The notes beneath the pieces are model-generated. The model worked only from the letters and a program-made list of their open reading frames with translations. It did no database searches and had not been told where the DNA came from. DNA of 64,000 nucleotides from Antedon mediterranea (taxonomy: Eukaryota > Animalia > Echinodermata), in contig NC_092679.1 in NCBI RefSeq assembly GCF_964355755.1, forward strand, positions 12,011,432-12,075,431, written 5' to 3'. The first letter of the stretch is position 1; each line of letters begins with the position of its first letter. Position numbers and translations under genes: made by a program. Of the stretch, positions 13,678 through 24,600 are shown piece after piece.

Positions 13678-15016
13678 ATATTTATTCAATATTAAAGTTA
13701 AGAACTATAAATACCAACCAACCTTTTGTATATAAAAATATTGATCATCCATTAGATTTTTCTCGTTTGATTCACATAGAAAAGATTATACATGTACTTC
13801 ATTATTTTGTACTCTAGTCTAGCTAGGCCTAGGCATAGGCCTAAGGGCCTTACCTGTAGCTAGGCCTACAATCTGAAATAAAAGAAAGCGAGTGAGTTTA
13901 ACAAATAGCCGTCCTAGGCTAGCATGTGTTTGTATACTATTAATACTAATAGCAGCTACTGTAGACAGCCTAGCAAAAAGCTAGCTAGGCCAACTAATTA
14001 TATATTATAAATATAATGTTATATTTATGTAGGCCTAATATGTATACTTTTGCTTTGGATAAATAAAGAAAGAATTGAACTAAAGGCCTAATACATACCA
14101 TTTTATAACCATAATAAGTACAGTACTGTAGTTATCCTTGGCAAGGCAAATGTTTGCCCTTGACAGGCATGATACTAAATGCTTCCACTAGGCCTAGTGA
14201 GTGAATTCAGTTCATCAGTTTGGCTGCCTGCCTAGCCTACTACTACCTAGGCCTATAGCGGCCCTAGCTATGGCTGCATGTGTGGCCAGGCTAGGCCTAC
14301 TACTAGACTAGAGGCTAGCTATTGATAAAAGGGTAAAATAGTCAAGCTCTAAGCTTATAAATTAGTAGATCACAAATAAAAAAGATTGTTTTCCTACCTG
14401 AAAACATACTTATTTGACAATTTCAATGATGTCTACACACCACTACTACTACTGCTGTAGGCCTAGCTAGCCCAAGTCGAAGTAACTGAAATAACTGACA
14501 CCGGTTTCAAAATTTTATCAAAACGAAACTAACCAATGACAAGCTCGTATCTTATGAAATTTGATCTTGCATGAAAGGATCATTCAATTTTCAACACAAC
14601 TTCAGTGACATTTTTGTATTATACAGAGACAATAATATTTGCCAATCTAAAATTCCTAAATAACCAATAATCATTTGTTTTACAATAAAGGATGATAAAA
14701 AAAAACCGCCAACTGAAATGTAATGTTAATTTAACGTTGAAACATCAATGTCAACGCACTTAAACACATAGGCCTATTATTTAATATTAAACGTTAAAAA
14801 CATGTCATTTTAACCAAAGTATTAAATAGAATTTATCTTTAATTTAACGTTTAATTAACATTGAAAACAAAAAGAATAATTGTTTGAAAAAACAACATAA
14901 TTTCAAGAGTTTTTCAACGTTGAAAACATGTCATTTGAAAATGACAACTGGATTTCAACGTTAAAATAACGTTGGAATAACATTGAAAAACAAAAATAAT
15001 AACTGTTTGAAAAAAG

Positions 15017-17500
15017 TTACTAGTTAGAAATACAATGTTATTTCAACGTTTGATCAACATTGATAAATTAACGTAAATTAATAGTTAGAAAGACAATGTT
15101 ATTGCAACGTTGGATCAACATTGATAAATTAACGTAAATTACTAGTTAGAAATACAATGTTATTTCAACGTTGGATCAACATTGATAAATTAACGTAAAT
15201 TTCTAGTTAAAAATACAATGTTATTTCAACGTTGGACCAACATTGATAAATTAACGTAATTTTCTTGTTAAAAATACAATGTTATTTCAACGTTGGATCA
15301 ACATTGATAAATTAACGTAAATTTCTAAATATAAGACAATGTTATTTCAACGTTGGATCAACATTGAAAAATTAACGTAAATTTCTTGTTAAAAATACAA
15401 TGTGATTTTAACATTGGATCAACATTGATAAATTAACGTAAATTTCTAGTTAAAAATACAATGTTATTTCAACGTTGGATCAACATTGATAAATTAACGT
15501 AAATTTCTTGTTAAAAATACAATGTGATTTTAACGTTGGATCAACATTGATAAATTAACGTAAATTTCTAGTTAAAAATACAATGTTATTTCAACGTTGG
15601 ATCAACATTGAAAAATTAACGTAAATTTCTTGTTAAAAATACAATGTGATTTTAACGTTGGATCAACATTGATAAATTAACGTAAATTACTAGTTAAAAA
15701 TACAATGTTATTTCAACGTTGGATCAACATTGATAAATTAACGTAAATTGTAACTAGTTAAAAATACAATGTTATTTCAACGTTGGATCAACATTGATAA
15801 ATTAACGTAAATTACTAGTTAAAAATACAATGTTATTTCAACGTTGGATCAACATTGGAAAATTAACGTAAATTTCTTGTTAAAAATACAATGTGATTTT
15901 AACGTTGGATCAACATTGATAAATTAACGTAAATTACTAGTTAAAAATACAATGTTATTTCAACGTTGGATCAACATTGATAAATTAACGTAAATTACTA
16001 GTTAAAAATACAATGTTATTTCAACGTTGGATCAACATTGATAAATTAACGTAAATTACTAGTTAAAAATACAATGTTATTTCAACGTTGGATCAACATT
16101 GATAAATTAACGTAAATTTCTAGTTAAAAATACAATGTGATTTTAACGTTGGATCAACATTGATAAATTAACGTAAATTACTAGTTAAAAATACAATGTT
16201 ATTTCAACGTTGGATCAACATTGATAAATTAACGTAAATTTCTAGTTAAAAATACAATGTGATTTTAACGTTGGATCAACATTGATAAATTAACGTAAAT
16301 TACTAGTTAGAAAGACAATGTTATTTCAACGTTGGATCAACATTAATAAATTAACGTAAATTTCTAGTTAAAAATACAATGTTATTTCAACGTTGGATCA
16401 ACATTGATAAATTAACGTAAATTACTAGTTAAAAATGCAATGTTATTTCAACGTTGGATCAACATTAATAAATTAACGTAAATTTATAGTTAAAAATACA
16501 ATGTGATTTTAACGTTGGATCAACATTGATAAATTAACGTAAATTACTAGTTAGAAAGACAATGTTATTTCAACGTTGGATCAACATTGATAAATTAACT
16601 TAAATTACTAGTTAGAAAGACAATGTTATTTCAACGTTGGATCAACATTGATAATAAAATGAAAATTTCTAGTTAGAAATACAATGTTATTTCAACGTTG
16701 GATCAACATTGATAAATTAACGTAAATTTCTAGTTAAAAATACAATGTTATTTCAACGTTGGACCAACATTGATAAATTAACGTAATTTTCTTGTTAAAA
16801 ATACAATGTTATTTCAACGTTGGATCAACATTGATAAATTAACGTAAATTTCTAAATATAAGACAATGTTATTTTAACGTTGGATCAACATTGAAAAATT
16901 AACGTAAATTTCTTGTTAAAAATACAATGTGATTTTAACATTGGATCAACATTGATAAATTAACGTAAATTTCTAGTTAAAAATACAAGGTTATTTCAAC
17001 GTTGGATCAACATTGATAAATTAACGTAAATTTCTAGTTAAAAATACAATGTTATTTCAACGTTGGATCAACATTGATAAATTAACGTAAATTTATAGTT
17101 AGAAAGACAATGTTATTTCAACGTTAAATCAACATTGATAAATTAACGTAAATTACTAGTTAGAAGGACAATGTTATTTTAACGTTGGATCAACATTGAT
17201 AAATTAACGTAAATTTCTAGTTAAAAATACAATGTTATTTCAACGTTGAATCAACATTGATAAATTAACGTAAAACATTTGTTAGAAATACGATGTTGTT
17301 TCAACGTTAAATCAACATTTATAAATTAACGTAAATTACTAGTTAAAAAGACAATGTTATTTCAACGTTTGATTAACATTGATAAATGAACATAAAAATT
17401 CTATTGAAAAGAAAATGTTATTTCAACGTTGATTCAATGTTTATTAATAAACGTAAAAAAAATAGTTAGGGAAAAAATGTTATTTCAACGTTGATTCAAC
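15017..17500 (+). repeat. 61-bp tandem array, ~40 copies (right subterminal array)
   Basis: Unit TAGTTAAAAATACAATGTTATTTCAACGTTGGATCAACATTGATAAATTAACGTAAATT(T/A)C; unit starts at 15021, 15082, 15143 and onward. Confidence 0.97.
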
Positions 17501-17739
17501 GTTTGAAATACGCTGACAACATGATTTCAACAAATCAACTATATTTCAACGTTGATTCAACGTTGAAATTATGTTCTGTGCCCACTGGGAAGTGATGATC
17601 AAGTTTCATGTAAATTGCGGTTTTTATGTAATCACTCTCAGGTCGCCATTATAAGGGAACTTTAGAGGGTCTATAGATAATACACGAGATCTCACGGCTA
17701 AAGAAACTGCTGCCATATCAGCCCCTCTCTCTCTCTCAC

Positions 17740-18556
17740 CAAAGAATATATATATCACAAGAATGAGTATTCCGCGATTTTTGCATGAGAAATTTGTAAC
17801 AGAGAGCTCCAGTGAGGATGTATACATACTAAATAAGACTTGATTTTTTAATAGATATTATACATGTCACATTAAATAGAATTATGAAGATAGTTTTTGC
17901 AATTGTAAACTATTTTATAATACATATTTATTAACAACCTAGTGTTTATTCACTTTACAGACAATTATTTACTAACATGCTAAGTTAGTTCACAAAAAAG
18001 GCCTAACACAGCAACACCAAAAATCAACGAATATTACTCAGCACGGCCTATTCTTTACCATTGTCGTGTACTACTGTACGCCCGGTAAATTAAGTATTGT
18101 TTTTATGATATAAATTAGTATAAAACACATGTTATTAATAGGAGAAAATGTTACATGTCATTAACATTTATTTGTTTTACCAGAAACAAGTTAAATATAG
18201 GAATATTATTAAACTATCCTTCGTGAAAACGCGTAAACAGCAACACGCCCGGTCACGCTATCGTAGCGCCCGGTTGATAAAGCAAACTGTTTATACGGCA
18301 GTTTTTACTAAATAAATTGCATAAAACGAACAATTAAATATCCAAATAGTATTTAACATGATGTTGGCATGTAGTTGATAACATTTTTTATCATGAAAAT
18401 ACTACCGGTGGTCCAGCCTTTGATTAGTGAAACCGTCACAAAAAGTTGTATACATCCCAGATACATCCACACTTATGGCGGCGCCCTACCACATGGACAA
18501 TATTACTGTTACAGTGAAAATCGCGGATTACTCATTCTTGTGATATATATTCTTTG
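17740..18556. mobile_element. P-element-like non-autonomous element just upstream of ABCD4
   Basis: ~40-bp TIRs CAAAGAATATATA(TA)TCACAAGAATGAGTA(T/A)TCCGCGATTTT, with a 7-bp direct repeat CTCTCAC at 17733-17739 and 18557-18563. Confidence 0.82.
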
Positions 18557-18609
18557 CTCTCACTAATGAAAGCGATTTCGGCGCTTCATACACAAATGTA
18601 AAAAAAAAC

Positions 18610-21600
18610 ATGGTTGAAACCAGTGTTTGTCACGAGAGTGGAAAACCTCAGCAAAAGTATCAACTGTTCTTTTCTATTTACAAAACAAGATAAAGCGGCG
18701 ATATTTAAATTAGGATTATGATGAATAGGCTACTCGAGTTAGAAATTAAACGAGTTGACAGTAGCTAGGCTAGGCTAGTACTACTCTCTAGCTAGGGGGC
18801 GGGCCTAAGGCTACTAGCTAGGCTAGACTACTAGCTAGCTAGGCGAATACCCAGCTGCGCTATGTATGGGTGCTGGTCAACCCGTACCCAAACCAACTCG
18901 TACCGAACTTTGCTAACTGGTACCCAACCAAGAGCAGGAGCAGCAGGGAAGGGGGAGGGGTGGATGTAACCTAGGCTAGAGGTCTATAAGTAATAATCTA
19001 TATTATAAGTGAGAGAGTTTGTCTGTTTGTTTGTTTGTTTGTCTGTTTGTTCGTTATACAAATTTTTGTTACTGCACGTAATCTTACATATGGGGTATCA
19101 AAATGACCGCAATTGTACCGGGAATGTTCTAAGCTATATTTCAACATCATCCGCCACCTACGATCCATGTTAGGGACCAAAATGTGGTCAAAACCCCCAC
19201 TTTCGATGTTTGTTCGTTACACAAATTTCCGTTTCTGCACGTAACCATACGTATGGGGTATCAAAAAGATGGCAATTGTACCCGGAAGGTTTTAAACTAC
19301 ATTTAAAAAATTCCCCCGACTCCTGGGGTTTTTGTGGGAGGGGTGGGGGCGGGGGGTGGTGTGGTTGTTTGTGATGTCATTTTTTGCTAGGGCTCGGGGT
19401 TGTAGGCTATCGAATTGTAAAATTATACTACAAAAGTTTGACAGTATTTTAATTATCCTCAGCAAGGCGTATATAGATTTACATATTTTATTCATTAACC
19501 AATATGACACCTATTCAATTACACATTTAGCAAAGTACTTTAACCATATCCAGCTATGTATCGGTCTCTTGGATTTTCTCATTACAGATATCCATTCCTG
19601 TGTGAACATACACACGTTGTTTACCGTTACTGTGTTCAACTACATCACGATGCCTCCAAGGAAAAAAAGTATTTAATTATTCCTGGGAAGCGGCTGGGAG
19701 TTTGGGGTGGGCCTATCACCATGACCGAAACTGTATTTGGTTTGTTTTAAACTACATTTGAAAACTGCCACTGAGGGATTATGGGTTGGGAGTGATAATA
19801 ACATAACTTCAACAAATCACCCAGTGTATCTGGGGTGTGTTTGTAGGGGGAGGTGGAAGAGCGAAAATATTGTCGTAATGAAGTAGCCTATATGCTTGGA
19901 ATTGTACTAGGAAAAGTTACTATATTTGAACTGTCATGGGGAGGAGTTAAGGTTTGTTGATTGTGGCTGGGGTGGTGAGAGGAGAAAGAAGGCTGGGGGC
20001 CCGCAGTATCTAAATTAGATATTTTAATTATCAGCCAATATGACACCTATTCATTTACACAATTTACAACGTACTTCAACCATTATTAGACCCATCATAG
20101 CTATGTATACTCCTCTCAATTTGAAGCTTACGTTGAATTGAATTTGTCCATCACTGGGAAGAATTGGTTTTTAAAAAAGAGTATGGGGTGTTATTGAAGA
20201 AGGGTGGAGATTGGTGAGTATAGACAGATACTGGCGTCGGGTGTTGAGAAGGCTTTAAACTAATTTTGAAACCCGCCCTGGGGCGGGTATAATTGCTAGT
20301 AATACTATAATATAGATAGGATGGGTCTACCTCTAACCTGGTTAAAAATAAAAAGGCCTTTCACACCTGTTGCGACACGTTTCCGGTACTACAGCGAATC
20401 GAACGTCAATGTTTCGTTTTCACATTGCTCCATGTGGCTATGAGACGAAACATTGACATTCAAATAGATTTGCCGGAACCGTGGCGGAACAGGTGTGAAA
20501 GCCCCTTTAGAGTAGGCCTCTACACTACCATTTTTTTTAATGATTTTGGCAATTTAGAATTGGGTCAGTTAACTATTTATTTGCTCAAGTGCAGTTTAAA
20601 ATTGCGCAAGCAAGAATTTCTAATCCCAGACCAGACAGTAACGTGGGATTGAAAAATGTTTCCAGAGATTTTTTTAATAGAGATTGTTTGAACATTCAGA
20701 AGGCTCCTGTAGAAAACGTCAGATTTTCTTGCGTAATTACAATTACGCAAAAGGAGCGTAGTAGGCATAATGCACTTGTCAATTGTATGACCCACTATAC
20801 AACCCCCGGGAGAGGTGCATCATGGGTGCGTCATTTACAAATAACTACTGACGCAGGTGTGCGTCAAAAAACCTAGAAGGTACGTCACTTTACCACTTAA
20901 AACATAAACAGGTTTTATACAAATGTGTGCGTAATGGTCACCTAAAGAGTAAAGCTAAGTCACCTGGGGGTCGTATAGTGGGTCATACAATTGACAAGTG
21001 CATAAATGGGGAAATCCCAGTTGTAATTTGCTCCTCTCTGCACTCCGGCCGATCGCACTACGTCCTTGGCCAACTTAACTCATAACCCATCCATCCGTGA
21101 GGATCAAAGCTGTTCTCTTCGTTCAACAATCGTGCAACATATAATAGCAATGTGTAATCAGATAGTTAATCTACTTATGAAAAAAATATGTGAAACGAAT
21201 ATATACCCGTAGTTTATTAGTCTACAAGGCCTATGCCCAATTTATAATTCAATTTAACACAGGCTGAAGTTTCCTAAAAAAACCATTTTCTTTTTAAAGG
21301 TATACATTTGACCTGTTAAGTTGGAGAAGATTTTGTGCCATACTAAGGATTCTGTTCCCATCATTATTGTCATCAATATCTGCTTTATTTTTACTTTTAC
21401 TTGTCAGCGCAGTAGGTGGTAAGTTAATTAGTTTATAGACTAAAAATACGACCATGATGCATCAAAGACATGCAATTGGCGCAGTGTGTTGGACGTTGAA
21501 CTTCTGATTTCATGATCTGGAGATTCGTCGCATTGCTTTGTCCTAGGCCTTAGGAAAAGATGGTTTACTTAACATTTTCCTCTGCAAATAGGATCCTTGC

Positions 21601-24600
21601 AACATTATTACTTTTTGGACCCATTTCTGGTTGCAAAAAATGATGTGCTTTAAATATTCAAACTTTTATGATCACTTATTTTGTACATTGATAATTTTAT
21701 CTTAACAATATATCTTTTTTTAGAACAAATTTTTATCTACTTTGTTGGACTGATTCCAAGTAAGTTTTATTATGTTTTGGGCTATCAAGATTTGGCTGGT
21801 TTCCTTCAAGAGACGTGGAAAGCATTGCTTCTTATTATTTGCATTGCATTGGTACGTACATTAGTATGCGTTATATACTGTACATGCCAAAAAATGTAAT
21901 CAAATTGATTTTTTAAGGGGAGGCAGTTTTTAATGAAATGTTTATTAGAAAAGAAGTGTTTTTTAAATAAAAAATTGCTTCAATAAGTTTAATAGTCAAT
22001 TCTCTCAATACCAGACTTTTTTTTATGTCCGAAAAGTCTTAAATTCTTTTTCACTATTAAAACACATTTGGAAAAGCAGACATGCTAGGGCAGCCCAAGA
22101 GTGTCCAGTATTGAAAAAGTTGACTGTAGTTTATTACTAGAGTTTTTCATTTCTAGAGACATTTGCATTTGTACATATAGTAGGAATATTGATTGGTACA
22201 GACTAAGGCCCTGAATAAGCCATTATATACTCTTTTATTATTTTATAGTTTTTTTTTATTATTATATTCCCTTTCAACTGCACCCTTATTTTACCTACAT
22301 GACCTTAAAATTGATGTGATTTCATAAACCATCAATTTATTTATACAGATTTTGTATTTTTGTTTTTTTTTTATTTGTAGGCAAAAAGCTCTAAGCAGTA
22401 CATAAGTTCCTTGCTGGCCGTGCAATGGCGAGACCTCCTCACCAGCTATCTTCAACATTTTTATTTAAAAGATATTAATTATTACAAGATCAATGTTTTA
22501 CAAGTTGGACAGATTGATAATCCGTAAGTAAATAAAGCTATCAACACAAATGATTATATTGTGTGTAGTTGTTTAGTGTTTTATTTTCTAGTCAATAAGC
22601 ACAATTATGTTGCTTCAAGTTGCACTGGTTGCTTATCTAAACTTGTCTGTCGTGTTTTTTAAATATTGATTGAACGTAAATAGAAATAAGTTTTCATACA
22701 ATGTTGCACTGATGAGGGCTAGTGTTGCCCGAAAGCTCTGCTAACTTTTCTGGCTGTTTTACTTATCGTTTTGATTTAGCTTTTCGCTTTTTTTTTGTAT
22801 CTCCATTGAGATCCAGCCACTGATACCCACAGCATTGTCATTTTTTCAGTAATTTGCCTTTGGATTTATAAATATGTTTTAATAAATATGTTTTAATAAA
22901 TATAAATATGTTTTATGAAGTTGTTAATATGAACATTTAAGGGACCAACGGATTGCTGATGACGTAAACCAACTGTGCACAAAATTTAGCTCAATGGTAG
23001 CATTGCTAGTTATATCTCCATTTACCATCATTTACTACACAGTGAAAGTAATTGAGGTGTAAGTATAGTATAGTATACTTTGTATATTTTATATCACTTT
23101 CTGAAAGTCTATAAAGTGCTACCTGAATATTCTAAAGTAACACAGCAACCGATAATTTTCAACCGGTGTGCTGATCTCAAGTTTTAACCAGACCTAACGT
23201 TGCTTAACTTCAATGGTCTGAGAACCATTGGTTTACTACTGTAATAATAATAATAATATATTTCAATAATAATATAATAAATATTTCAGAACTGGTTATG
23301 TTGGACCATTGTGTATATACAGCTTCTTCATTCTTACAAACTTCATCAACAAGTTTATTATGTCTCCAGTTGTCAACCTCAAAGTGAAGTTAGATCGACA
23401 AGAAGGCGAATTCAGGTATGCATTTTGTCATTGAAATGAGCAACAAGTAAGGTATCCAAAAACACATTGAGACAAATTTATGTGAGGTGTTCACATAACT
23501 ACAAAATTAATAACATAATAGATACAAATGAAAAATATTGCTGAAATGTCATCAAATGCTTTACAATAATCGAGTGTTGTATTGTGAAATTTGGTGGTTT
23601 GACCCTGGATCCTGGGTTCAAATCATGTCGATGTCAGAATTTGTTGACAATTCCACCTTTCAAAGACTTTGTATAGAGAATCTGTCACTCTTGGAAATCC
23701 TTGGTTGTGTGCCTAAAAATTTTTTAAAAATTCACATTCACTACAACTTGTCCTAAGTTCGTCTATTTTTTTATTTTTTGTATTTAATGTATGCTTACCT
23801 GTAATAATAAAGCTATCATGCTTATTTTGTATCCTATTCCATTTTCCATTTTGTTACGTATTATTTTATGTTCGATTTTGGAATAAAAATGTCAGTGAAT
23901 GGATATAGTATTATTGAATCTTGACATATACCAACCATTAAACCTGGCTATTCACATGATTAATTAACCCAGTGCTGTATAACACATCTTTTGTTGTAGA
24001 AACAAAAATTAAAAGCTGTCTGTTTGTTAAAAATTGTATAAAACTATAAACTAATATCATTGATAGATTTAGATTTATCAGTAATTCGTCTTTCTTTATC
24101 AACAGGTTTAAGCATATGCAAATAAGATCACATTCCGAAACCATTGCATTCTACCAAGCTGCAAGTGTTGAACATAGTAGCACTGATCATAAACTAAGCA
24201 CACTCCTGAATACATTGAGAAATTATGTCAATCGTGAATTCTGGTTGCAAGGTAAACTTTATCAATATGTGTAAATAAATAACTGTTGTGATGAATATAT
24301 CAATCATATAATGAAAACAAAAGCCTTAGTAGTGATGGTAAGGGTATGTCAAGAAGAAGACTCAAGTTTGTTAAACAATACATTTTTTATTTGCACTGTG
24401 ATTAATATACTGAGTCAGTGATACTGGGAAAATGCAATGCATACAGCTGCAGCACAAGAAAGTCTTGTTCAATTAAACTTGCCCCTAATAGCCAGCCAGT
24501 CTTTCCAAGATTAAATGTGCCCAAGAAGACTGACCCAGTGAGATTATTCATCCTGGAAAGGCTAGTGCAAATAAAAAGAGTTGGGTTAATTACATCAATC

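Larger units (their letters stand above)
10892..17589. mobile_element. Non-autonomous CACTA/EnSpm (CMC)-like DNA transposon, 6.7 kb, with long subterminal tandem arrays
   Basis: Perfect 11-bp terminal inverted repeat CCCAGTGGGCA...TGCCCACTGGG, AA on both flanks (2-bp TSD), and AACGTT-rich subterminal repeats in opposite orientation at the two ends. No transposase ORF is seen. Confidence 0.8.

Noticed and set aside
15017-17500. CRISPR-like array
   Set aside because: Units are contiguous 61-bp repeats with only point variants and no unique spacers. There are no cas genes, and the context is eukaryotic.
17624-17827. ORF containing MAAVSLAVRSR
   Set aside because: It crosses a transposon TIR and has no downstream exons; the ORF at 18375-18566 mirrors the same TIR.
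22957-22975. Second hammerhead (CTGATGA)
   Set aside because: It lies in coding sequence (ADD) and lacks stem II and GAAA. Other CTGATGA hits noticed (52923, 58193, 63136) also lack the fold.
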